From positions 52,894 to 116,893 of IMG/VR virus record IMGVR_UViG_3300046786_000502: a stretch of 64,000 nucleotides of DNA; one strand, given 5' to 3'. The stretch is from a virus. The notes beneath the pieces are model-generated. The model searched no databases. It worked only from the letters and a program-made list of their open reading frames with translations, and was not told the origin of the DNA. Position 1 is the first letter of the stretch. Each line of letters starts with the position of its first letter. Of the stretch, positions 1 through 11,398 are shown one piece after another. The position numbers were made by a program, and so were the translations under genes.

Positions 1-771
1 GCCCTAACAGGCCTTGACACTGGAACTACTGTTTCTGCTGTCGCAACTAACGGTAAGATCGTTACTGCACTTGCTGCTTCTGGTTCTCCAGTAACTGCTG
101 CTGCAGGCACATCATCTGTATCTGTTCCAACTGGAACTGGTACATCTGTTGACCTTTATGTATTCACTACTACTACAGCAGTTGGTTCTGTTGCAGTAAC
201 TATTGGTGGAAACACAACTACTTACTACTTCCAGGGTACTGCTGGTGCATTGAACGCAATTGAACTTGCTGGCTCTGCAACTGGTGCTGCTGGTACTGTA
301 TACACTGCAACCGTTCGTGGTGTGGATGTATTCGGTAATGCTAAGGGTGGTGCAACCATTAACCTTCAGGTTACTACAGCAACTACAAACGAAACATTCG
401 CTCTAACTACAGACACTGCAACTGCAACTCTTGGCACAAAGACCAAGGACATTACACTTCCTGCTTCAGGAACTGTTCGTCTGCTTGCAACTGCAACTGT
501 AGCATCTGCTGTAACTGGACTAGCAACACCTGTTGCGGTTCGTATTGCTGATGTTACAGTTCGTGACCTTGCAACAGAGCTTGCTTCTGAGAAGGCTGCA
601 CACGATGTAACCAAGGCAGAGCTTGCCAAGATTAAGGCAGAACTTGCACTTGTAACTGCACGTGCAGAGGCTGCTGAGGCAGGCACCAAGTCTGCAAAGG
701 CAAAGTACAACTCACTTGCAACCAAGTGGAACAAGAAGTTCCCAAAGACTAAGGTTGCATTGCTTAAGTAA
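1..771 (+). CDS. 5'-truncated Thr/Ala-rich surface or secreted protein with C-terminal coiled coil
   Basis: Frame 1 is open from base 1 (ALTGLDTGTTVSAV...) to TAA at 771; beta-rich T/A/G/V composition followed by an A/K/E helix. Confidence 0.75.
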   Translation, partial: ALTGLDTGTTVSAVATNGKIVTALAASGSPVTAAAGTSSVSVPTGTGTSVDLYVFTTTTAVGSVAVTIGGNTTTYYFQGTAGALNAIELAGSATGAAGTVYTATVRGVDVFGNAKGGATINLQVTTATTNETFALTTDTATATLGTKTKDITLPASGTVRLLATATVASAVTGLATPVAVRIADVTVRDLATELASEKAAHDVTKAELAKIKAELALVTARAEAAEAGTKSAKAKYNSLATKWNKKFPKTKVALLK

Positions 772-785
772 TAATAGTCAAACTG

Positions 786-818
786 GTAGGGGGAGGGAGT
801 AAAATCTCTCCCCTTACT
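786..818 (+). terminator. Stem-loop, probable intrinsic terminator
   Basis: GTAGGGGAGGGA-gtaaaa-TCTCTCCCCTTAC imperfect inverted repeat just after the stop. Confidence 0.6.
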
Positions 819-843
819 TGTCTAATAATCAGGAGTAAAGTAG

Positions 844-1237
844 ATGTCTGTGGGTATTGTGTATTTCTCTAACCATTCTGGAAATACTAAAAAGTTTGTA
901 GAAAAGATAACAGATAACGCAACAAGGATTCCCATAATGTGGGATGATGACAACCCAATTATTATTGATTTTAAATATGTCTTATTTGTTCCAACATACG
1001 GTGGTGGAAGTGACAAGACAGCAATCCCTAAATCAGTTAGAAAATTTTTAAACATACCAGAGAACAGATCAAAATTAGTTGGTATAATAGGTCTTGGTAA
1101 CACAAATTTTGGAGAACATTTCTGTAAAGCAGCAGAAATGATATCTCAAAAGACTGGAGCACCAGTCATTGCAAAGGTAGAAATCTTTGGTACATCAGAA
1201 GATGTACAACGAGTAACGAATAGGTTGGATGAGATAA

Positions 1238-1245
<8 letters not shown>
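844..1245 (+). CDS. nrdI: Class Ib RNR flavodoxin NrdI
   Basis: [31 protein letters not shown] motifs; directly upstream of nrdE. Confidence 0.95.
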
Positions 1246-4326
<3,081 letters not shown>

Positions 4327-4339
4327 AGTTATCTGATTT

Positions 4340-4368
4340 GGCCCCTCTTTGGAGGGGCCTTTTCTTTT
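4340..4368 (+). terminator. Intrinsic terminator
   Basis: GGCCCCTC-tttg-GAGGGGCC followed by TTTTCTTTT. Confidence 0.85.
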
Positions 4369-4428
4369 GTCAAAATGGTGTATAATTAGATTGTTAAGCT
4401 TCTTAACCCTACAAAGGAGACCCCTACT

Positions 4429-6657
4429 TTGAAGAAGTCTTGGGCAATATTTGCCTTATTTGTGCTAACTGGAGTCATGACACTGTGGCCACTTGCTACT
4501 GCATCAGCTGATGAAGTAGTAAATTCTGCTACCGTAACTGTTGTTCAAGAGGGCGATCTGGCAACAGTGGTGGTTCAGGTGCAAACAGCCAATACTGATT
4601 TAGTGGTCGTTTCTCAAAATATGGAATCAGCGGCACAAAGCTCAGGATCAGTCTCAGTAACAGAGGCAATCTCTACAGCAATTACTACAGCGACACAAGC
4701 AATTGAGGTTGCTGCAAATGCGGTAGATTCTGCAGAGACGGCTGTAGAGCAGGCTAATGTTAAGATTTCTGTAGTAGATGGTGCCACAGCAACAGTAACT
4801 CAGGCAGAGTCCAATCTAAATAATGCTCAGGAGAATTTAGTTGATGCTACAGCAGATCTGGCAGAAGCATCTGCAAACGTTGATGCACAAGAGATTGTAG
4901 TTGCAACAGATATTCAGAATGTTCAATCAGTTCAGACTGCCATTAATCAAACAATAGGATTGTCTTCTGGCCTTAAGGCAGAAATTTATAACATGGGTGG
5001 ATATAATAATGCTCCACCACTTCCAGAGCAGATTGGTAGATCGCCAGTATACACAACCACTGTAACACAGATTAGTTTTGACTGGGGTAGTGGTGCAGCC
5101 TTTAATCTGATTGCAGAAGACTTTATTGTTAAGTTTAGTGGTAATATCACATCTCAATACACTGGAACAATTGCTTTGTCTGCCCCAGCAGATGACGGTG
5201 TTATCTTGAAGCTAAATGGAGAAACAGTTATCAATGACTGGTATGACAAGGGTGGTGGTGGATCAACTGTTACATATAATGTTCAGGCAGGTCAACCAAT
5301 ACCAATGACTCTTTACTACTATGAAAATGGTGGGGGAGCTAATGTTCACCTTCTGTGGACTCAGGGTAATAATTGGGCAATAGTTCCTACAACAGCTTTT
5401 TCTAGAACTACCTCAAGCCCAACACAGCAACAGGTACAAAGCTTGGCAGATGCAAATAATCAATTACAGTCTAGCAATACATTGTTGAATAGCCTAATTC
5501 AAATTGAAAATGAATCATTAGACCAAGTATCTTTAGCCACATCTGAAGTTGCTATTGCAGAAGAAGCAGTTATATCAGCACAGGCTGAACAAGAGGTTGC
5601 AATTCAAGATGCCAATCAGGCAATAACAACAGCCGTTAACTTGTCAGCAATTGCAGTTTCAGCAGTTCAAAGTGCAAGTGGATCAGTTAGTAATTTGTCT
5701 ACTGTTATTGCACAGCAGTCAGCAGCTGAAGAGGCTGCTAGACAGGCTGCTATAGCTGCAGAACAAGCTAGATTGGCAGCAGAGGCTGCAGCAAGGGCAG
5801 AAGCAGAAAGACTTAGGCTAGAAGCTGAAGCTAGAGCTGCTGCAGAAGCAGCTGCAAAAGCAGAAGCAGAAAGGTTAGCTGCAGAAGCAAAAGCTGCAGA
5901 AGAAGAGAGACTCAGACTTGAGGCAGAAGCTAAGGCAGCAGAAGAAGAACGGCTAAGGCTTGAAGAAGAGGCAAGGCTTGCTGCAGAAGCAGAGGCTAAA
6001 GCTAAAGCAGAAGCAGAAGCATTGGCTAAGGCTGAGGAAGAAGCAAGACTAGAAGCAGAAAGGTTGGCTGCAGAAGAGGCTGCAAAGCTTGAGGCAGAAA
6101 GACTAGAGGCAGAAAAACTTGCAGAAGCAGAGAGACTAGCTGAGGAAAAGGCAAGACTTGAGGCTGAACAAAAGGCTGCAGAAGAGGCAGCAAAAACTGA
6201 AAACATTGTAGATGATGCCAAGGCAGACGGGGTAGTTACAGAAGAAGAGAAGGAAGCAATTGTTTCATCTTTGGTAGAGGAGCTAAAGCCAGGAGAGGCA
6301 TTGTCTAGTGAACAAATACAGGCAGCAGGTATATCATATTCTGATCTACCACCAGAAACACCAGTGGATGTTAGAACTGATGAAAATGGAAACGCTGTTG
6401 TTATTACTGCTGAAGTAGCAGCAGATATTGAATTGATTTCTGACCCAGCAGCATTCGTAGGGGAATTGCTGTCTGATCCAGGAGCAGCCATTGCTGCCCT
6501 TGGCTCTATTGGTGCAGACATGAGCCCTGCTGAGAGAGAAGAGGCTCAACACATGGTAGTGGCAACAGTGGTCGCTGCAGGTGCAGCGATGAATGCAGTT
6601 TCTGTTGCTTCATCAGGTGGTACTACAGGTGGGTCTAACAATACAAGGAGACAATAA
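4429..6657 (+). CDS. Secreted or membrane-anchored protein with PA14 domain and long Ala/Glu/Arg coiled coil
   Basis: Signal peptide; PA14 motifs (FDWGSG, ADDGVIL, YYENGGGA); AEAERLAAE repeats; hydrophobic C-terminal segment. Confidence 0.8.
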   Translation: MKKSWAIFALFVLTGVMTLWPLATASADEVVNSATVTVVQEGDLATVVVQVQTANTDLVVVSQNMESAAQSSGSVSVTEAISTAITTATQAIEVAANAVDSAETAVEQANVKISVVDGATATVTQAESNLNNAQENLVDATADLAEASANVDAQEIVVATDIQNVQSVQTAINQTIGLSSGLKAEIYNMGGYNNAPPLPEQIGRSPVYTTTVTQISFDWGSGAAFNLIAEDFIVKFSGNITSQYTGTIALSAPADDGVILKLNGETVINDWYDKGGGGSTVTYNVQAGQPIPMTLYYYENGGGANVHLLWTQGNNWAIVPTTAFSRTTSSPTQQQVQSLADANNQLQSSNTLLNSLIQIENESLDQVSLATSEVAIAEEAVISAQAEQEVAIQDANQAITTAVNLSAIAVSAVQSASGSVSNLSTVIAQQSAAEEAARQAAIAAEQARLAAEAAARAEAERLRLEAEARAAAEAAAKAEAERLAAEAKAAEEERLRLEAEAKAAEEERLRLEEEARLAAEAEAKAKAEAEALAKAEEEARLEAERLAAEEAAKLEAERLEAEKLAEAERLAEEKARLEAEQKAAEEAAKTENIVDDAKADGVVTEEEKEAIVSSLVEELKPGEALSSEQIQAAGISYSDLPPETPVDVRTDENGNAVVITAEVAADIELISDPAAFVGELLSDPGAAIAALGSIGADMSPAEREEAQHMVVATVVAAGAAMNAVSVASSGGTTGGSNNTRRQ

Positions 6658-6659
6658 GA

Positions 6660-6830
6660 ATGGTTAAATTCTTTAAAGATATGGTAGACCAACTTTGGAC
6701 ACTTCTAGGCATGTTTATTGCTTGGGTTGTCCTTGACGGTAGTGCCAAAACAGTAGTTGGGTATGCGATATTAGGAACCATGTTTGCATGGATTGTTACC
6801 TATCCGATAAGAAACAGAGAGGAAGACTAA
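6660..6830 (+). CDS. Small two-TM membrane protein (not in ORF track)
   Basis: MVKFFKDMVDQLWTLLGMFIAWVVLDGSAKTVVGYAILGTMFAWIVTYPIRNREED; fills the gap with stop/start overlap. Confidence 0.7.
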   Translation: MVKFFKDMVDQLWTLLGMFIAWVVLDGSAKTVVGYAILGTMFAWIVTYPIRNREED

Positions 6831-7120
6831 TGGCAACTAAAAAAGAAGCAGGAACAGTGCCAGCAAAACCCCAGGGCCAAAAAGCTCTGTCTAATGTCCT
6901 CATGAGAATCGTTGCAGTATTTGCTGCAAATGGTCTTGGAGTCCTTGGTGCAGGAGCTGTTGTAGGTATTGATACCGCACAAGCAGTATTTCTTGCAGGT
7001 TTGCTAGGTGTAGCCACAGTCGTAGAAAAGCTTGCAAGAGCATTTCTTGACGATGGCAAGCTCACAATTGCTGAAATTAATGACGCATTCGCAACAGTCG
7101 ATAAGAAACAAGTTAAATAG
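6830..7120 (+). CDS. Membrane protein (holin-like)
   Basis: ATG overlaps previous TAA; two hydrophobic helices; DDGKLT motif. Confidence 0.6.
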   Translation: MATKKEAGTVPAKPQGQKALSNVLMRIVAVFAANGLGVLGAGAVVGIDTAQAVFLAGLLGVATVVEKLARAFLDDGKLTIAEINDAFATVDKKQVK

Positions 7121-7206
7121 TCATTTTCAGGGGTAATTGACGAAGTCCCCTAGTTCGTGTATAATAGGTATGTACCTAATACTACAGAGAGCTAGGGGAT
7201 TTTGCT

Positions 7207-7728
7207 ATGACTTGTATTGCCGTTGTCAGACAAGACGATAAAATTTTTATGGCAGGCGAACGTGCTGCCTCAACAGATGACGTTATCATGACTTTAACAT
7301 CCCCAAAAGTTTGGAAATCTGGAGAGTATCTATTTGGATATTGCGGTGCAATGGATGGCGACAGAATGAGACATAACTTCAAGCCACCTGCACCAAAAGG
7401 TGATCTAGATAAATTTATGTACACTGAATTCTTGATGGCTCTTAAAGTATTTTATGAAAATTGGTGGGTAGACACAGGCAAAGATTCAGACTTTGCACTT
7501 ATAATTGCTGTAAGAGGCAAGATATATGAGCATGATGCTGTTGATATGTCATTAAATCAATACACACAAGATTATATTGCAATGGGCTCTGGTGCATCAT
7601 ATGCATACGGATCTTTGTTCGCAACAGAACACCTTAAAGACCCAAAGAAGCGTGTAGAAAAAGCTGTTGAAGCAGCGGTAAGATTCTCACCAAGTTGCCG
7701 TGGTCAAGTTGACATTGTCAGTCTTTAG
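7207..7728 (+). CDS. Ntn-hydrolase, HslV/proteasome beta-subunit-like protein
   Basis: N-terminal M-T-C-I (Thr nucleophile), IAMGSGASYAYG, AAVRFSPSC. Confidence 0.8.
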   Translation: MTCIAVVRQDDKIFMAGERAASTDDVIMTLTSPKVWKSGEYLFGYCGAMDGDRMRHNFKPPAPKGDLDKFMYTEFLMALKVFYENWWVDTGKDSDFALIIAVRGKIYEHDAVDMSLNQYTQDYIAMGSGASYAYGSLFATEHLKDPKKRVEKAVEAAVRFSPSCRGQVDIVSL

Positions 7729-7737
7729 TGCTATTAT
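7709..7737 (+). promoter_or_regulatory. Promoter with TTGACA and PafBC-like TGTCAG-N10-TATTAT
   Basis: TTGACA-T-TGTCAG-tctttagtgc-TATTAT, 6 nt before ATG 7744. Confidence 0.55.
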
Positions 7738-7743
7738 ATTTAT

Positions 7744-7923
7744 ATGACAGATAAAAATTTTGATGAGCTATATGATTGGCTTATGCACGGCGTTGAAAAG
7801 GGATGGGTAACTGAACCATTCTGCTACACCCATGATGGTGATCCTTATATGACAGAAGAAGAAGAGCAAGAGTGGGAAGACGGTGGAGATCCGTGTTGCC
7901 CAGTAGTTAAACTTAAGCAGTAA
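7744..7923 (+). CDS. Small acidic hypothetical protein (not in ORF track)
   Basis: MTDKNFDELYDWLMHGVEKGWVTEPFCYTHDG...GGDPCCPVVKLKQ; near-leaderless start after promoter. Confidence 0.7.
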   Translation: MTDKNFDELYDWLMHGVEKGWVTEPFCYTHDGDPYMTEEEEQEWEDGGDPCCPVVKLKQ

Positions 7924-7934
7924 GGATATTCTGT

Positions 7935-8987
7935 ATGAAAAAGATTATGGTCTTTGGCCTAACTTTTGTATTTTTATTTACTGGTGTTGGTTGTGCAGAT
8001 GCAGCAACTGTAAAGTGTTCATCTTCAAAAAAGACAGTTGCTTGTAAGACTGTTACAGCACCAAAAAATCCTACTCCTACTCCTACACCAAAGGTATTAG
8101 GGTCAGACTTTTCTACGCTAGTTGCATCATTCAAAGATGTAGATAAGTATATTAATTATGGCGGATATGTTTTTCCAACTGAAAACCTAAAGATTGGGCC
8201 AAGCCTTGACCCAGCAATTAAGAAAAATATTCCAGAAGTCTATCAGCTTATAGGTAGTGTCTTTTCTCCATTCTATGCACCAACATACTATTACTCTATC
8301 GTTACATCTGAGCTTGACGTTGCTTGGGGAGCATCTCCAGAAATCAATCGTGTAGATGATAGATGGAAGGGCTACTCTACTGACATCAATGGCAAAACCT
8401 GCGAGAATGGCAATGGCGGTAATGAGTGGAGCTCAATCTCTTGCATGTGGTCAAACAAACCTGAGTGGTGGAGAAACCAACTATTAGCACATGAGTATGT
8501 TCACAGTGTGCTGTACACAACAGGTGGAACAAAGCTTGGCAAAGTAACTAACTACCAACGTGCTTTCGATATTCCATCTTGGCTCAATGAGGGTGCTGCA
8601 ACATACTATGGTTGGTGGCTAGCACAGGTTAAAGACAAGAATATTGAAAAAAATGTTGGAGGTCACCTGTCTGGATTTGGCTGCATGATTCCTGGATACA
8701 ATGACCTAAAGACACAGGATAAATTTGTTTCTGAAATGAAGTCAATTGAAACAGGCAAGGGTAGCTGGGCAAAGCAGTATGGATATGGTGCTGTCTCTGT
8801 AGCAGAACTGATCACATACTATGGTGGGCACAAAGCAATGTTGAACTTCTATGAACGCATGAGAACTACTAGTGACTGGAGACTTGCTTTCAAAGAATCA
8901 TTTGGAGTTACTCCAGAAGATTTTTATAAACAAGAATATAAAGATTTCATGAAAATTTCTCCAAGTTTGACTTGCAAACTACCGTAG
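7935..8987 (+). CDS. Secreted gluzincin-type zinc metallopeptidase
   Basis: Signal peptide, PT linker, AHEYVH ... WLNEGAA motif. Confidence 0.75.
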   Translation: MKKIMVFGLTFVFLFTGVGCADAATVKCSSSKKTVACKTVTAPKNPTPTPTPKVLGSDFSTLVASFKDVDKYINYGGYVFPTENLKIGPSLDPAIKKNIPEVYQLIGSVFSPFYAPTYYYSIVTSELDVAWGASPEINRVDDRWKGYSTDINGKTCENGNGGNEWSSISCMWSNKPEWWRNQLLAHEYVHSVLYTTGGTKLGKVTNYQRAFDIPSWLNEGAATYYGWWLAQVKDKNIEKNVGGHLSGFGCMIPGYNDLKTQDKFVSEMKSIETGKGSWAKQYGYGAVSVAELITYYGGHKAMLNFYERMRTTSDWRLAFKESFGVTPEDFYKQEYKDFMKISPSLTCKLP

Positions 8988-9041
8988 TACATGTTATAAT
9001 TAATTACAACAAAATAGGAAGTCCATCCTTAACGGACACAA

Positions 9042-9114
9042 TGCCCTATAGCTCAGCTGGCAGAGCGTCCGACTGTTAATCGGCAGGTCCCTGGTTCGAT
9101 CCCAGGTGGGGCAG
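9042..9114 (+). tRNA. tRNA-Asn(GTT)
   Basis: Cloverleaf; anticodon arm ccga-CTGTTAA-tcgg; GGTTCGATCC T-arm. Confidence 0.93.
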
Positions 9115-9118
9115 CAAA

Positions 9119-9299
9119 CACATTGACGACGGTTGATGTGGAGTATGACCGAATAATTCCCAAAGTCAAATGGGGGGAATAAGGTACTATCGGATCTTAG
9201 CGGATCGTCTTAGCGGACAAACGGTAGGTGTGCTCAAAGCGGTACTTGATGAACCGTATTGACTAGGCACTGGTGGTAAAAGGCAATCCACCTACTCAC
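9119..9299 (+). ncRNA. Candidate structured ncRNA between tRNA-Asn and tRNA-Asp
   Basis: Several helices (CACATTGAC/GTTGATGTG, ATTCCC/GGGAAT, two tandem hairpins with identical TTAGCG loops, GTGC/GCAC, GGTGG/CCACC); no ORF in the track. Confidence 0.55.
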
Positions 9300-9303
9300 T
9301 CTT

Positions 9304-9377
9304 GGTCCTGTAGCTCAGTTGGTTAGAGCACTACCCTGTCACGGTAGGGGTCGCCAGTTCAAGTCTGGTCAGGATCG
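9304..9377 (+). tRNA. tRNA-Asp(GTC)
   Basis: ctacc-CTGTCAC-ggtag anticodon arm; full cloverleaf. Confidence 0.93.
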
Positions 9378-9378
9378 C

Positions 9379-9543
9379 TCAGAAGCATGAGTCTGAACAA
9401 CTTATGTGGAGATTGTTATACTGAAACTACGCTGTGGACGCATCATACGAAGGGGTTCAGCCCGATGGAGATTGCTCTGCTAATCCACTAGGTATAACAG
9501 CCAATGGGAACAGTTCCTTAACCAAAAGGTGACCACGATTGGC
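9379..9543 (+). ncRNA. Candidate structured ncRNA between tRNA-Asp and tRNA-Leu
   Basis: Nested helices TCAGA/TCTGA, TGTTATAC/GTATAACA, GTGGA/TCCAC, CATC/GATG, GCCAAT/ATTGGC, GGAA/TTCC. Confidence 0.55.
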
Positions 9544-9547
9544 AAAT

Positions 9548-9621
9548 GCTTCTCTAGCCCAATTGGTAGAGGCACTAGATTTAGGATCTAGGTGTTACAG
9601 GTTCGACTCCTGTGAGGAGCA
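9548..9621 (+). tRNA. tRNA-Leu(TAG) with short variable loop
   Basis: ctaga-TTTAGGA-tctag arm; Leu-type D arm; only 5-nt variable region. Confidence 0.85.
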
Positions 9622-9622
9622 C

Positions 9623-9696
9623 TGGGATATAGTGTAATGGTAACACAACGGCTTCCAAACCCGTTGACGTGGGTTCGATTCCTACTATCCCTGCCA
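9623..9696 (+). tRNA. tRNA-Trp(CCA)
   Basis: acggc-TTCCAAA-cccgt arm (C31:C39 mismatch), G73, encoded CCA. Confidence 0.8.
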
Positions 9697-9697
9697 T

Positions 9698-9772
9698 GCC
9701 TTCTTAGCTCAGTGGTAGAGCAACGCACTTGTAATGCGTAGGTCGTCAGTTCAATCCTGACAGAAGGCTCCA
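9698..9772 (+). tRNA. tRNA-Thr(TGT)
   Basis: acgca-CTTGTAA-tgcgt; encoded CCA. Confidence 0.95.
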
Positions 9773-9773
9773 T

Positions 9774-9848
9774 GGTCCCATAGTTTATCGGTTAGAACGC
9801 TGCCCTTTCACGGCGGTGGGAGGGGTTCGACTCCCCTTGGGACTACCA
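9774..9848 (+). tRNA. tRNA-Glu(TTC)
   Basis: ctgcc-CTTTCAC-ggcgg; encoded CCA. Confidence 0.93.
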
Positions 9849-9852
9849 ATAT

Positions 9853-9923
9853 TCTCCCTTCGTCTAATGGCAAGACTCCAGGTTTTGGTCCTGGCTATCG
9901 AGGTTCGAGTCCTTGGGGGAGAG
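9853..9923 (+). tRNA. tRNA-Gln(TTG)
   Basis: ccagg-TTTTGGT-cctgg; full cloverleaf. Confidence 0.92.
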
Positions 9924-9963
9924 CAAGATTAATTCATTAGTGCTATAATAGTCTAAGAAAGGT

Positions 9964-10674
9964 TTGGATGTGGAAAAACCAGATATAATGACGATGGACG
10001 TACCCAATTTTAACGTGTGGTACGAAACTTTTGATCCTATTTTTTCTAAGATAAGTCAGCAGTCGAATATCCCATTAAAGTGGATAGAGTTTTGGCCAAT
10101 AAGATATGGGCAGAACAAGAACTCTCCAATCAAACCAATCAATAGATATGTAGAAAGGTTGTACCCAAAGCCAAAGCTTATAGATATTAGTAATAATATA
10201 GTTAGGCTTAGACAGGGCAACCATGCAGAAATCATTCTACTGGTAGATCCAGAAAATAGATTCCATAGTGGCGGTCAAGATACAGATGGATTCTACAATG
10301 TTGATAGGCCATGGATGAGACAATACTATCAGTCTAAGCTACAAATTCCAAAGCCAGACAATTGCTTTGACCCATTATATAAATTTTACGTTCCATGGTT
10401 TCCAGATGCTGATGTTACTGTTCATTTTGAGCCATCTCCAGTAGAGACCCCATTCCACACCTTTGAGTCAGTAGGATCGTACAAAAAAGTAGATGCATTC
10501 CTAAGATTTGCTGAGCCACACTTTGTTCCCTTCTATTTTAAAAAAGAAGGGGCACACATGGAAAGTCCAACACAAGGAAGAGTTCTAAGACAGTCTGCAA
10601 TGTACGATATGGTATTTCATGCAGATGATGCTTTGATAGAGAGAATAAGGAAACAATATGAAGAAAAAGAATAA
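9964..10674 (+). CDS. Hypothetical protein, possibly a distant paralog of the two following genes
   Basis: Long ORF after TGCTATAAT promoter; KFYVPWF and ETPF motifs. Confidence 0.65.
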   Translation: MDVEKPDIMTMDVPNFNVWYETFDPIFSKISQQSNIPLKWIEFWPIRYGQNKNSPIKPINRYVERLYPKPKLIDISNNIVRLRQGNHAEIILLVDPENRFHSGGQDTDGFYNVDRPWMRQYYQSKLQIPKPDNCFDPLYKFYVPWFPDADVTVHFEPSPVETPFHTFESVGSYKKVDAFLRFAEPHFVPFYFKKEGAHMESPTQGRVLRQSAMYDMVFHADDALIERIRKQYEEKE

Positions 10675-11398
10675 AGTAAACAAAGTACGTTTTTTCAACA
10701 TTAGCGAAAAGACACTAAACTTTGTCCCAGAACCTGGACCTGCAAGTAAGTTTATGCCAGCTTGGTATAAGAAGCAACCAGGTAACGTTGATGAAAACAT
10801 GTTGGCTGTAACTGGTCAGCCAGCAAATACTGTAAAGAAGTGCATGCCAATCTTTGATGCAATGACTGGTGGATACATTATTACACTTCCAATGGACATC
10901 TTTGTTGATGCCAGCCATCCAGATAAGCTAGATAAGCAGATACCTGCTGCAATGGGTGGATACAAAGCAGAAATTTTTGCAACTCATGATCGCAAGCAAT
11001 ACTCAGAATACCCAATTGATGAAGAGGTCTACCACAAAGATCTTCTTAGAATTTTCCCATTTTGGGTTGTAGGTACTAGCGAAGGCGTAAGCTCTTTGTT
11101 TATTCAGCCATTGCACAGAGACCAGACACCACTATTTGCATTGTCTGGAATTATTGATACAGATCAATACCCATCAGATGGTCATCTATCCTTTATGGTC
11201 AAGAAGGGCTTTAAGGGTATCATTCCACAGGGCACTCCACTAGTACAGGTCATTCCATTTAAGCGAGAACCGTTTGAGATGGAGTTTGTAGATCAGGCAG
11301 AAACAGAAGAGTACCTGATGAAAAAGCGTATGACACTAAGAAGTTCATTCTCAAACAGTTATAAAAACAAGTTTAGAACTAAGAAGGAATGGAACTAA
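10658..11398 (+). CDS. DUF6065-like (dUTPase-like fold) phage protein
   Basis: PAWYKK, KKCMPIFDAMTGGY, SGIIDTD, IPQGTPLVQVIPFKR. Confidence 0.65.
   Translation: MKKKNKVNKVRFFNISEKTLNFVPEPGPASKFMPAWYKKQPGNVDENMLAVTGQPANTVKKCMPIFDAMTGGYIITLPMDIFVDASHPDKLDKQIPAAMGGYKAEIFATHDRKQYSEYPIDEEVYHKDLLRIFPFWVVGTSEGVSSLFIQPLHRDQTPLFALSGIIDTDQYPSDGHLSFMVKKGFKGIIPQGTPLVQVIPFKREPFEMEFVDQAETEEYLMKKRMTLRSSFSNSYKNKFRTKKEWN

Noticed and set aside
5667-6521. 284-aa Ser/Ala-rich minus ORF (also 366-734, 17188-17487)
   Set aside because: Antisense shadow of Ala/Glu-rich genes with GCW/GAA codon bias.
9115-9545. Theta/HDV-like ribozymes 3' of the tRNAs
   Set aside because: I could not build the nested double pseudoknot starting at the tRNA 3' ends; kept only as unknown ncRNAs.
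9623-9696. tRNA-Gly(TCC) with an expanded 9-nt loop (frameshift suppressor)
   Set aside because: Standard numbering centres CCA in a 7-nt loop, and G73 fits Trp.
9588-9773. Minus-strand ORFs over tRNAs (also 37225-37542)
   Set aside because: Antisense translations of tRNA genes.
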